Positions 1 to 13,168 of a stretch of 64,000 bases of DNA are shown piece by piece. Under the pieces are notes generated by a model. It ran no database searches and was not told the origin of the DNA. It worked only from the letters and a program-made list of their open reading frames with translations. Location of the stretch: contig OX597819.1 in NCBI GenBank assembly GCA_951406725.2, positions 26,722,001 to 26,786,000 of the forward strand, given 5' to 3'. Made by a program: the position numbers and the translations under genes. This DNA is from Octopus vulgaris (lineage: Eukaryota). Every line of letters starts with the position of its first letter. The first letter of the stretch is position 1.

Positions 1-57
1 CACACTTACATGCATATATACATACATACAAACATACATACGTACATACATACATGC

Positions 58-98
<41 letters not shown>

Positions 99-854
99 CA
101 TACATTCATATGGTGTCAGGCGATGAAACAAATTATTTTCCACTTTGCGTGTATTATTAAATACACACAGCAAAAACACACACATGCATTTATGAACCAA
201 CCTAACCCAAGGTATTTAACATGATTCTAATACAAACGTCAGATCATTATACTAAAACGCACTAAAAATGTTACTGACTAATAGTAATAATGATAAAAGA
301 ATAAGCATAATTGTGTGGTATACTCCAATGATGATAAAGTTGTCCTTACAGTGAAGACAAAAAAAATAAAACGTTTAAGATGCATAATATGCATTAGGGT
401 GCATATACGTAATTATATACATGTGTACATATAATATTATATATACTTGTATACACGTGTTAGTAGACATATGCACGCATACACAAATATATATGTGTAT
501 TGTATATATATAGACACACATTTATAGCCAGATATGTAAGTATATGTGCAAACATTTCCACGCACGCACATGCAGACACACATGCTTGTATGAGGCATCA
601 TAAAGAGGGTGAGCGAAGTACAAAACCCAAATTGGAAAGATCAAAGTTATTGAAAATAAGTACATCGATTTATCGATTTGACTTGCACATATTTGTGTAT
701 GTATGTGTGCATGCGTGTGTATGTGTGTGTGCATGCGTGTGTATATGTACTGCCTACGTATTTTTTGTAACTTATTTCATATCATGCATATTATATACTT
801 CATACAGCGTATATATATATATTGGACCTGATTTATAAATATATATATATATAT

Positions 855-856
<2 letters not shown>

Positions 857-886
<30 letters not shown>

Positions 887-951
887 GTAGGTAGGTAGGT
901 AGGTAGGTAGGTAGGTAGGTAGGTAGGTAGGTAGGTTGGTAGGTAGATAGA
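857..951. repeat. (GATA)n/(GGTA)n compound microsatellite
   Basis: Directly visible tetranucleotide tracts. Confidence 0.95.
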
Positions 952-1440
952 TGTATATGCGTCTATATATGTGTAAAGGTATATTACCTGTGTGTGTGTG
1001 TGCATAAATATATATGTACGTATACATGTATAAATCTTTATGTACACACACATATATATGTATGCATATATATGTGTGTATATGTATGTAGATATATATT
1101 TGCATATGTATATGTTAATATATATATATATATAAATATATATATGTATGCGTATATATATATATATATATATCGCACGACTATGCTGCACCTTCCGTAT
1201 GTGTGTGTATGTTGAATTTTTATATGTGAAATATAATGTTCTCTATTGTATTTGATGTTCTCTAATATTCCATTAATAATCCTAAAATATACACTGAAAT
1301 GCGTTAGCCTTAACAAGATAAAATGAAATCTAACTTTGAACCCATCCCACGTCGCTCTTATACATAATTCATAATTCTTGAGACAGAAGCTTCCTTTATA
1401 CTTCCTTTCTCTACATGTTTTTAAAATTTTTACATGTTAC

Positions 1441-1442
<2 letters not shown>

Positions 1443-1498
<56 letters not shown>
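1443..1498. repeat. (ATT)n microsatellite
   Basis: Directly visible. Confidence 0.95.
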
Positions 1499-2321
1499 GA
1501 TAATTAAACTATTTGTTATATATTTTGCATTGCTTTTGAAAGCATGTTTCTAATTTTTTACTAGTATTATAAATGTTTTAAATTTTGTACTGTTATTTTA
1601 TTGTTGCTGTATTATTTATCATCCGAGTTTTGTCATGGACAATGCTAAGGTTGTCAGCTACTTTCACTAGTAATCATAGTAATAACATAAATTATTATTA
1701 TTGTTATTATTATTATTATTATTATCATCATCGCAGTTTTTATTATTTTTTTCTAGTGCAAAATAATTCGTTTTGTTTATTGATTTAATCTTTCTTTCAC
1801 TCAATGCTTTGATTAAAAATATTTCTCCCAGTCAGAGATTGTCAATGATGTCTTGACAAATGGAGACTATGTAATTAATGAAATATCAAAGTGAAGATTT
1901 TCCAAGATAAAAAAAAACTTCTATTCTTAGATTGGTACACTTTTTATTGAATTAATTACATATTTAGTCTAATAAGTTCACATGGTATCTCCATATTCAT
2001 CAGCGAATATATTGATGCATATACAGCGGTATACACATAAAGATGCTTATAAAATTCTGATTATTGACCAGAAAAGGGAAACGGAATTAGCAAAAGAAAC
2101 TGTGAGAAAAGCAATACAAATATCCATGTTGCCGCAAGCATTAGTTTTTGAAAGTTGAATTTTCACGAAGTTTAAAAAATTTTAACCTAGTCATTTGGAT
2201 TTTGGTTAAACGCAAAGGGTTTTCATATATATTCATGGATTTAAATATATGTGTTTATTCATGATGCTTCTATGTGTGTTTGCAGTACACATGTGTCCGT
2301 GTGTAGCAGATAGATATAAAA

Positions 2322-2406
2322 AGGCGACGAGCTGGCAGAAACGCTAAAGCGCAGGGCGAAATGCTTAGCGGTATTTCGTCTGCCGTTACGTTCCGAGTTC
2401 AAATTC
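2322..2406 (+). mobile_element. SINE family B, 5' fragment
   Basis: GGCGACGAGCTGGCAGAAACG...GAGTTCAAATTC matches the head of the longer copies; B-box-like GAGTTCAAATTC. Confidence 0.85.
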
Positions 2407-2412
2407 ATACTA

Positions 2413-2466
<54 letters not shown>

Positions 2467-2491
2467 ATATATAAATATATATATGTGTGCG

Positions 2492-2546
<55 letters not shown>

Positions 2547-2716
2547 GTATATATATATCTGAATATATATATATGTATATATATATGAATATATATATAT
2601 ATGTATATATATATATGAATATATATATATATATGTATATATATATTATATATATATATATATGTATATATATTTGTGTGTATATATATATATGTATATA
2701 TGTGTATATATATATG

Positions 2717-2753
<37 letters not shown>

Positions 2754-2776
2754 GTATATATATATATATGTATATA

Positions 2777-2844
2777 GGCGCAGGAGTGGCTTTCTGTTAA
2801 GTAGCTTGCTTACCAACCACATGTTTCCGGGTTCAGTCCCACTG
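2777..2844 (+). mobile_element. SINE family A, 5' tRNA-like head fragment
   Basis: GGCGCAGGAGTGGC...GGGTTCAGTCCCACTG, matches the head of the full copies (e.g. 8049) with a few substitutions. Confidence 0.85.
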
Positions 2845-3314
2845 ACTGCTTATTGTGATCATTCGTCTTTTGGCTTCCTGTAGCTTTGCTCTCTTTTACA
2901 AACCCAGTGAACATATATTTCCTATTTCAAAGAAATTCAAACAATAGATATAAGACCCAAGTTAAAAAAGATTCTCAACAATTCAACTTCTCTGGTTGAC
3001 ATTAAGACACCCCCCCCCCCCCCCCAACAGGGGCCTTAACTCTCACATTTTAGAGCTCCATGACCTTCATTTTTCTGGTGCAAAATCCTTTTAACAGGTT
3101 CAATAAGACTGGAATTTTGGAATATGCGCATAAAAATCAGTAGTACGTGGCACGATTACGAGTTTGTTTGGGTGTGTTAAGAGGGAAATAACCCTCATCT
3201 GCACTTTTGATGAAATTCGAAACATAGATATTCCAGTTCATTACAGAAAATATAACAGAAAAGTCTAATACCTCAATTGCATGTAAATCGGGCAACGCCA
3301 GATTTCTCTGCTAG
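2845..3314 (+). mobile_element. Probable non-autonomous Helitron (3' end seen; 5' boundary uncertain)
   Basis: Ends with CGGGCAACGCCAG hairpin-like motif then CTAG|T, the same signature as the Helitron end at 61826-61855. Confidence 0.5.
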
Positions 3315-3882
3315 TATATATATATATATATATATATATACTCATACATACGTATATAGAGATATGCGTGTGTGTGTGTGTGTGAGCAGGTATATTCATT
3401 CTATACTTGATTATTTAATTTTCGTAAGTATGTAAGAATGACGATTGCAATACAGATCTCATAACATAAATATTTCACTCTGCGAATTACTTGGCAAATC
3501 ACTTGAAATAAAACTGCGAATTGAAATAGTCATTTTCATCATTTAAAAACGCACAAAACTTCTTGTTCGTTTATTCTTTAATATATTTATAAATTATAAA
3601 CTGTTATTATATAATTCTACTACATGCAGAGAGTGAAAGGACATGGATTAATGAATTGCTATTATTACACGTATGTTGTACAAAGGGTACAAATCCATTA
3701 CTGGAAATGGGGAGTCATAAATCTTCCTGTAGCAGCAAAACAGGAGGATGGACCTTGGAATTGTTGAAGTTGTAACTGCATACATAGCTGCATTATAATT
3801 GATTACGCAGGCAGGAAACTAAATTCGGATTGCTCAGAACAATATTTCAACCTGTACGTAAATCTCAAACAGTCCCCTCTGT

Positions 3883-3983
<101 letters not shown>

Positions 3984-6029
3984 AGTAGTCAACTGTGGAG
4001 AATAATGACTTCCTTCTAATGAAACGCCTTTACTATACATTTCTCTATCTCATCTTTTACACAGTAAATAATGTAATATAGTGTAATTAAGAACCCTATC
4101 CCCGATCCTTCGTTATTTCGGTACTGAAAAGATCCAAGAAGATCGAAAAAGTAGCTGCATATGAATATTTTGCACTCCATAATTGATACAGAAAATTATA
4201 AAATAAAATTTAATGTAATAACTATAAAAACATAATATAATTTATTCCTTTCACTTCAATGCCAAAACAAACAAACAAAAAACAATAAACCCCTGCCAAG
4301 AACATTTTCCCCTTGCAACAGAAATGAACAACCAAATTGCGGAAAGCTTAAAGTGTTTATTTTCATCGCATTTATGCAGATGCGTCTACAGTGTGCACTA
4401 GTCTATATATTTAGAGGTTAGAATTAGGAGGTAAAAATTAACAAAACACAATATGAATTTATTTAATTTCCATACTGTTCTCATTAATGTTAGTTTTGTA
4501 AATGAATTAAACCGAAAGTTAAATTATCAGCTGTTTTTGTTTCATAGAAAAGTAGTTAGTTACCATTGTTGCTTATCCTCATATTGGGCAGTTGTTTAAT
4601 TAAGGGCATTCCAGTAATGGCACTCCTCTAACAAATTGTTACAGGAATTACACTTCCTTATAGGAAGTGTAATTTGAGGAACACTTCGAGCAGATCAAAT
4701 GTGCACTTAGATGCTTCGGTCAAGCGTTACATATAATAATATAAGTGATTTAATGCGAATCAAGGAAAAATTATTAGAAACGTCTACAATTCTCGCCTCT
4801 TGTCTGTATTTATGCATTTCATTAGCAATTGTCCTTAATTCCCTCTGGTTTTCCATCGACTATTTCAATAATTCAAGAACTTTCTATTTATTTTACTATT
4901 TATCCAATTCCACTGTCAAGTGATATACTAGTTGACAGCTGAAACAGAATCATATTTGCTTAGATTCATTTCGTAGCAACATATCTAATGCAGTTACCGT
5001 ATAAATCATTCAAAGGAATTGTTGTACAGTAAAATTACAGTGATAAGTGTTGTGAACTTATTTTCCCATCATGAATTCGATGTCAAAGTAATACTGATTC
5101 TGCTTCAATGGGCGTCTAATTTAGAACATTATGAACATTATTTGTATTTTATATTCTCTAAAAATATTTAATAACGATTCCTGTCTTGAGTGTGAAATCA
5201 CTTTTATAAATTGAGAGAGAAAGGCAATTTATCAAAAATTGATGAAAATTGAAGTCTATTCCAGGTTTATTTGAACTCAACATTGAGGCAAGAAGACTTA
5301 ATTAGCTCATACATGAATCACATAGAACATTTCGTAACGTTAATAAATGAGATAAATGTGCTTTTTGATACAATAAGAATCTACTATGTAATTTTGGTAT
5401 ATATTTCCTTCAGCTAAGAAACCTGGAACATGTAAAAGTATGTTTCTTACACTTTATTAGGAAAAAGATCAAAATTATATGCGTTGGCAAATGAAATTCC
5501 CTAACGTTCGTTTTTCCTTAAAATCTCTTCTGGTATAAATCAATTGTAGATATTAATTTCTGCTGGAAATCAGACCAGCACTTACTCTTTCTTTCTATTT
5601 CTGAAACACTTGTTCTTTCTGGACTTTTCTACAACTAAAAAATGAAATAATACTTCGTAAAATTGAGCGTAAATGGCAGCTTACATAAGTGCTCAGAGAC
5701 CTTGTTACTTAAAAGATGAAAAATATAATTACGTTTCAAATTTGGAATTTCATATCTATGTAAATATATGCTTAAGCTCTACATACAGCGATTTCGTATG
5801 GTATGTCCTGTCTTTTTTTTTATACCATAAATGTCATAATATTAAATACTACTATTAGTGGGATTTTCTTTTTCATCAATTTGTTTTTGTTTTTAGTAAA
5901 TCGTTACATAAGATTCCTATTCAATTATGTAAATAGTGTGTGATACAATGTTTCGCAATATATTTAGTAAAGTATTTATGAATAGAATATAAGCATTTCG
6001 GTAATAATAAATATAAAATATGAGCTGCT

Positions 6030-6230
6030 ACATGAGCACACGATCTGCTCAAATCAACGTCCAAATATCTTTCAAATCACATCTTAATGCTTTGAAAATA
6101 CAAGAAAATTATACACCAGATAATGTAGTACTACATACCCACAAAACGAAGCGTCGGTAGCAACTAAGAGATGCATGAAGAAGTGACTCCAAGGTCAGGC
6201 CAGCCCAGTAAGTTATGAGTAACCAAAAAT
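6030..6230 (+). repeat. Old dispersed repeat (CAAATCACATC core)
   Basis: Shares AAATCT..CAAATCACATCT.A motif with 32420-32560 (+) and 31770-31850 (-); heavily diverged, class unknown. Confidence 0.4.
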
Positions 6231-6858
6231 AGAGCAGCTATAATCATAAAATCACCTGAAGACTCCGACACAACCATTGATATACTACTGTTAAAAATGC
6301 TGTTATTAAACGTAAGAAATACACTTATTGAGTCGCAGACAACTTAAAACTTTTGTGAATGTAGTATCCAAGGGCAAAGGAGAGGAATTTGTATTATATT
6401 TAAACTCTTTCCAACCAAGCCACCTGGCTCAAAATGTCGATAATTCCCCTTTAACGGGAAGCAAGTACATTATCTTTCATTGATACTTCCTTTGGATTAC
6501 ATTTTGCCTACGCAGATCAAGAACTGATTCCTTGATTTTCGAGTTTCCTTTGCACTGAATTCATTTTTTCTTCTATACATTAGAATATTAGGAATGGATT
6601 TATCACCAGCAAAATATTTAATAATTATGAAGTAATCCTACAGCTTGCTACAGTAAGCTTTGTGTTGTTAACTGTAAATAACTGTGGCAATATTAGGTAC
6701 TCCAGCCAGAGATGCTCATTTCCTCGGTATAGGTGTAATGGCGTTCACACTATGTACAAAAATTTGTATTTACTCTGAATATTTCTTGAGGCTGCTTTTA
6801 GTGATTTTGGATAGTCACATTGAGTTTGTATTCCTTTACTTATTTTGCACCATTTCAA

Positions 6859-6890
<32 letters not shown>

Positions 6891-6891
6891 A

Positions 6892-6932
<41 letters not shown>

Positions 6933-6935
<3 letters not shown>

Positions 6936-7084
6936 GCAGGAGTGGCTGACTTGTAAGTAACTTGCTTACCAGCCACATGGTTCCGGTTTCAGTCCCACAG
7001 TGTGGCACCTTATGCAACTTTCTTCTACCATAGCCTTGGGCCGACCAAAGTCTTGTTAGACGGAAACTGACAGAAACCCGTCGA

Positions 7085-7118
<34 letters not shown>

Positions 7119-7333
7119 TATATGTGTGTGTGTGTGTGTCTGTGTTTGTCCCCCCCCCCCCAACATTGCTTGACAACCGACGCTGGTGTGTTTACGTCCT
7201 CGTAACTTAGCAGTACGCCAAAAGAGACTGATAGAGTAAGTACTACGCTCACAAAGGATAAGTCCTAAAGTCGATCTGTTCGACTAAAGGTGGTGCTCCA
7301 GCATGGCCGCAGTCAAATGACTGAAACAAATAA
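6933..7333 (+). mobile_element. SINE family A, full length (tRNA head, CORE-like middle, internal TA/TG microsatellite, LINE-type tail)
   Basis: A/B-box-like head, GGCACCTT.GCAA. segment reminiscent of CORE SINEs, tail GGTGCTCCAGCATGGCCGCAGTCAAATGACTGAAAC. Confidence 0.9.
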
Positions 7334-7765
7334 CATAATAAATACAAAACTGAGCTAAGTGAAATAACTGGGGCTGGCTTGTAGTAGAAATTTGGATAGA
7401 AGGTGTGAGGAGATACTTGGCAACTTATTGAAAATATTTGGAGGGGGGATAAAAATAGTCGAGTAGCCAGCGGCAATTGCAACTGGTTCTCTATAACAAT
7501 TAGACAGAGACATGGTTTTGTTTGTGTGTGTATTTGCTTTCTTTCAGTTAAGGCATGTGAACATGTCCTTCTTCAATAGACATCAACCCATCATCTCAGC
7601 ATTACACTCAACTATATTGCATGAGAGTGATTTTAGCCATTAAAAACATACAGGTGTTAAAATCCCTTTTCATGTTTCTTGGGGTGACACAATCTTCACC
7701 GCAGTACTCTGATCTGGTTACTAATACTACTCCAATAAAAATATGGAAAGTGAATTTAGCAGATA

Positions 7766-7837
<72 letters not shown>

Positions 7838-8048
7838 CCTCTCTCTTTCTCTCTCTTTCTTTCTGTTTCCTATGGCTAAACTGGCATTTTCACTTTGTAA
7901 TTAATCCTATGGTACTTTTTGGTTATCTCACTCCCATCAGAAAATTGGGTTCTCTCCCCCGTTTTACTAGAAATATCGGTACTTTTGGACATCTCCCTCA
8001 ACTAAAAATAATTGTTTAACCCTCAATATTAAAAAATCAATAAACATA

Positions 8049-8211
8049 GGCGCAGGAGTGGCTGTGTGGTAAGTAGCTTGCTAACCAACCACATGGTTCC
8101 GGGTTCAGTCCCACTGCGTGGCATCTTGGGCAAGTGTCTTCTGCTATAGCCCCGGGCCGACCAATGCCTTGTGAGGGGATTTGGTAGACGGAAACTGAAA
8201 GAAGCCTGTCG

Positions 8212-8250
<39 letters not shown>

Positions 8251-8463
8251 TTGTGTGTCTGTGTTTGTCTCCCTAGCATTGCTTGACAACCGATGCTGGT
8301 GTGTTTACGTCCCCGTCACTTAGCGGTTCGGCAAAAAAGACCGATAGAATAAGTACTGGGCTTACAAAGAATAAGTCCCGGGATCGATTTGTTCGACTAA
8401 AGGCGGTGCTCCAGCATGGCCGCAGTCAGATGACTGAAACAAGTAAATGAGTAAAAGAGTAAA
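8049..8463 (+). mobile_element. SINE family A, full length
   Basis: Close match to 28733-29149; ends in GTAAAAGA-type repeats. Confidence 0.93.
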
Positions 8464-9139
8464 CATGACAACTGAAAAAATATTAATGAACATGAAAATT
8501 TTTTTAAATTAATAAACATGAATACTGAAAAAAATTCTAATAACATTTTTATAACAAATCCTACCAATTCTATTGAGGAGGCCAAACGTGAACAACGTGT
8601 TGAAATATTGAATCAAAAGGATCTAACTCTTTTAATCCAATCTCTTGTCACTACATTAACTTGATTTTTTAATGGGGAGATAATTTTTTAATGGCAATTT
8701 TTTTAATTGAGTGAGATAAACAAAATGTACCAATCCTAGTTTCCAAATACGACTTACAATCAAGTGAATTTTCAGGCATATACAACTCATATATAAATGT
8801 GTGTGTGTATGTGTGAGAGAGAGAGAGTGTGTGTGAGTCGGACGTCGCATAATCTAGTGTTAGACTATGATAATTTGGTCCTCATTTCATTTCCCGGATA
8901 AAAAGGCGCATTCGGTCTTTGAACAAGGAAGTTTATTTCACATTCATGCACCAGCCGAATTTAGTGCAGGTTTTTGACTCTCAGTTGTATTAAGATGTGT
9001 GGAGGGGGGGCTCCGTCTACGCTTACTTGCAACTACAGAAACACGTAAAAGAAATAGTGAAATCACAGTGGAAGTTAAAAGATCATAATCGCTAGCACGT
9101 GATGGCTATGACTTCGTTTAGATTATATACATATGTGTG

Positions 9140-9203
<64 letters not shown>

Positions 9204-9204
<1 letters not shown>

Positions 9205-9434
9205 GTTTCTTTATTGGCCACACAGGGCTGCACACATATGGGACAAATTACAAGGTAGAGCTTTTCCTTTGGGGGATGAAAAAAACAAATAAAAAAATAA
9301 AAAAACAAGGGAAACAAAAAAAAAGTGGCGTAGGTTTTCGATCAAAAGGGATCGTGAAAGGGAAAAAAAACAAGAAAAAGGAGAAAAAAAGAAACAAAAG
9401 AAAAGAAAAAGGAAAAAAGGGGAATAGGAAAAAA

Positions 9435-9437
<3 letters not shown>
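9204..9437 (-). mobile_element. 3' end of an unidentified retroposon inside a (GATA)n tract
   Basis: Minus strand is T-rich and ends CCTTGTAATTTGTCCCATATGTGTGCAGCCCTGTGTGGCCAATAAAGAAA, resembling the SINE B tail; GATA repeats on both sides. Confidence 0.55.
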
Positions 9438-9466
<29 letters not shown>

Positions 9467-10584
9467 GTAGATAGATAAAAGGCAAGTAAAACACAATTAT
9501 GTTCCAATATCATCAAGGTCAATTTTTCTTTTCATTTTTTCGGGGTAGCAAAAGTACCAATTAACCATGAGCATACATAGCGATAATATATACATATATA
9601 TATATGGAGGGAGAGAGGGTGAGTATGTGTCGTGTGTGAGAGACAGAGGAAGAGAGAAAGAGAGGGAGGGAGATACGAAAAATCCTATCCCACACTAATC
9701 TCTATTTAAGGATATATCTGTTGGCAACTGTTTTTTTTTTTTATTTCTCCTTTAATCTTTTTTTTTCTTTTTTCGTGGTTGTGATATGGGGTGATATTAT
9801 CCGACTTAACGTACATTATTTATAAGTGTTGTAGGAAAAAAAAAAACCTTTAAACATTCTGGAAAACGTTTTCTTAACCCAATTTTATTCATCTTCATTG
9901 GGATCTCTTGCCTTAATGTACTCCATTAATGAGTGTAATGTATTCCTTCTCATTTCTCGTCACATGTAAATTTAGAACCTTGTGTTGCTATACAAAATCA
10001 ATTGCGCCCACAAGAAATCAATAGTCTATAAATAGATGGGAAATATTTGTGTAAATAGTAGTGGCCCAGATTATAACGATGTATAATGATGTATATATAC
10101 TATGAGATTCTACAGAACCCGTGTTCAAATTCCGCTGTAGTGGAATTTATCATTTATGTATCTATGACTCATTTTTTAATACATTCCACTTCTTCTGTGA
10201 TCTTGCTCCAATGTTAATGATACACAAATTGACTTTTCTGTAATATTATACAGCATAATTTGTAAATAATGTAAACGTTGTGGTGTGTAACTATCAAAAT
10301 ATTCTAAGCATTGCGGGTTATAGCTTTCAGCAAGCAAACAGCATTAAAAAGAATTTCATGAGGAAATCATAGCTGTTATATTACTTCAAGAAACCTCATT
10401 TCAACAAGGAAAAAAAAACCATCATATTAACCGTGTAAAGAGTTTTCATTATTTGACTGAAATTTAATTTTATCGAACTTGGAGAAGGAAACATTATTAA
10501 AGTCTGTGCGATATATTACATGGATATGCGTTACAGGTGTGTATGTGTCTGTGCGTGTGTGCATATGCTCCTATATACATATCT

Positions 10585-10650
<66 letters not shown>

Positions 10651-10655
<5 letters not shown>

Positions 10656-10845
10656 ATCCAAACAAGAAAATACAAAAAAACACAGCAACGCGAGGACGTG
10701 GAACAAATGAAGTATTATTGAACGCTCAGGAAAGAAGGGAAGAAGGAGGATTTAACGTTTCGAGCGGAGCTCTTCATCGGAAACAAAGGAGAACGAAAGA
10801 TCCCGAGAAGGGAAGACAGAGGAAAAAAATTGCTGGCGGTGCCAT
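10651..10845 (-). mobile_element. Short PLE-terminus-like element carrying a degenerate HHR motif
   Basis: Inverse homologue of 47545-47737; minus strand CCGATGA-A-GAGC-TCC-GCTC-GAAACGTT; flanked by (TA)n. Confidence 0.7.
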
Positions 10846-10879
<34 letters not shown>

Positions 10880-11067
10880 ATGGTATTATTATTAAAATGC
10901 CATCACGGGTGGTAAGCGAATTATCAGCCGTACAAGCAACTTAATAAAATATATACATACAATATTAGATACGTACATATATACACAATGGTACTACATG
11001 AGTACCTATGTCGCTAATGATAGAAGTCAAAAAATGCTTCTGTATATATATATAAAATACTTCTATG

Positions 11068-11124
<57 letters not shown>

Positions 11125-11127
11125 ATA

Positions 11128-11620
11128 TACGAGCAAAATACCCCCCACGTCTAATGGACGGTGCTGAATCATATCTGCTGAATTAAAAGCAATCAGTGTT
11201 AACTTCAATAAATTTTTGGGTTTTCTTAAACGCAGTTAAAGCAAAAGAATAATCTTTCCTTCCTTCATGCCAAGTTTAAAGAAAATATCTCTTTTGCATC
11301 TTCCTTCATGCCAAGTTTAAAGAAAATATCTCCTTTGCATATACTGCATTTTGTGGCATTATTCCAAGCCAGCCGCTTTTTTTACGCAAACTGCACGTGC
11401 ATTTTTCTCACGTACACGTAGTATCGATCGCAGCAGCTGATGTACTTGCGCATACAAATGCACGCTCCCACGGCTTTATTGATCGCATTGTAATTTTTTA
11501 AAGACTTATACTCGCTCTGAAACCGTCGGTATCTACATATCAAATTTGAGCGCAATCGCATGGAGGATGCCCGAGATCCTAGTAGACAGACACACAGACA
11601 GACAGAATGGATTTTATATA
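11128..11620 (-). mobile_element. Non-autonomous Helitron/Helentron-like element
   Basis: Minus strand starts TATATAAAATCC..(TCTG)n..CGATTGCGCTCAAATTT and ends with a CCGTC..GACG hairpin then CTCGT; contains a 41-bp tandem duplication (11259-11340). Confidence 0.55.
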
Positions 11621-11721
11621 ATATATATATATATATATAAATTAAAATCTTAGGGTAGCAAGAATATTTATCGAAAAAATATTCTTAGTTACCAGTAGTC
11701 TAGCGAGAAGGAAAAAGCGTT

Positions 11722-11857
11722 CTTCCCAACCACATGGTTCCAGGTTCAGTCCCACTGCGTGGCACGTTAGGCAGGTGTCTTCTACTATAAGCCTCGTGCC
11801 GACCAAAGCCCTATGAGTTGATTTAGTAGACGGAAACTAAAAGAAGCCCATTGTATG

Positions 11858-11952
<95 letters not shown>

Positions 11953-12116
11953 TCCCCACCACCATCGCATGGCAACCGATGTTTCTGTTTTTATGTCACA
12001 AAAGATTGAATAAGTGCTATGCTTACAAAGAATAAGTCATGGAGTCGATTTGCTCGACAAAAGGCGGTGCTCCAGCATGGCCGCAATGAAATTGCTGAAA
12101 GGTGTAAAAGAGTAAA
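11722..12116 (+). mobile_element. SINE family A, diverged with internal deletion
   Basis: Head, middle and GGCGGTGCTCCAGCATGGCCGCA tail recognisable. Confidence 0.85.
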
Positions 12117-12190
12117 TACAAAAAGAGCATATCAATAATAATAACAATAATAATAAGGATTATTACGAAATGACATAACCTTTGATTGCT

Positions 12191-12609
12191 TTTTATATAT
12201 ACAGCTTTACATAGACCTACACGTGTTTCAACTACATCGATTAGCAACTGCTGCAATTTTCAACCTTACTATAAGGTTATGGCAGTATATTTAGCATTAT
12301 CTAACGGAATATATCTCTAAATTCTTATCTCATGAGAATTATTATTGGATTTATGTATTAACCATTGAATAACCTAGTTTGACTACCTACCTGTGAGTAA
12401 ATTGGTAAACGTTTGGAGAAATCCCTTACTAATTACGTGTTGTGTGTGTACGCGCATATATTCCGTACGCGCATATATTCCGGAGATATATTCTGTTAGA
12501 TAATGCTAAATATACTGCCATAACCTTATAGTAAGGTTGAAAATTGCAGCAGTTGCTAATCGATGTAGTTGAAACACGTGTAGGTCTATGTAAAGCTGTA
12601 TATATAAAA
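12191..12609. repeat. Long inverted repeat (127-bp arms)
   Basis: 12191-12317 is the reverse complement of 12483-12609 with one mismatch seen; the spacer contains a 17-bp tandem duplication (12448-12481). Confidence 0.92.
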
Positions 12610-12984
12610 GGAAAACAATAATTGTTACTAAATATATCTAGAGTGTTGGAACACTTACATTACTTGAAATAAGTGCTAATTCAGTAGCTTCATCAGTAGG
12701 GACCACTCGACCCGGATTTATTCCAGACTTGCTTCTGTGTCAGTAGATGTGTATTCACCTTTAAAAAAACCATGGGTGATTTAGCGAATCGTTAATGTGT
12801 ATACAATAACTTAATATAGACAACTATATGCAATGTTTAACGATAAATGGAAACTACATATGATTAGTGTGTTAGAACACCTACATTGCTAGAAATAAGA
12901 GCTAAAAATCTCCAAAGCTGTAGTTAATGCATATAATTGTATAAATATGTACTAATAGTGACCGTAATAGCCCGAAAACACCGG

Positions 12985-13052
12985 TCGAGAATTCTCATAC
13001 TGGTCGGTCAGTTTCGGCTATTTCCATAGCCTCATCAGTAAGGACCGCTCGA
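12985..13052 (-). ncRNA. Type I hammerhead ribozyme, canonical core
   Basis: Minus strand: stem I UCGAG-C-GGUCCUUA, CUGAUGA, stem II GGCUAU-GGAA-AUAGCC, GAAA, stem III CUG-ACCGAC-CAG, UA cleavage site (GUA), stem I' UGAGAAUU-CUCGA. Confidence 0.8.
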
Positions 13053-13098
13053 TTCAGACTTTTCCGGACTTATTTCTCTGTATGTACATGTTCTCCAC

Positions 13099-13135
<37 letters not shown>

Positions 13136-13137
13136 TG

Positions 13138-13168
<31 letters not shown>

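Noticed and set aside
1960-2010. HHR-like motif on minus strand (CUGAUGA-AUAUGG..CCAUGU-GAAC)
   Set aside because: One A of GAAA missing and no NUH site; at most a dead relic.
4080-4402. Possible Helitron end (GCAGATGCGTC...CACTAGT)
   Set aside because: Hairpin imperfect and no 5' terminus recognised.
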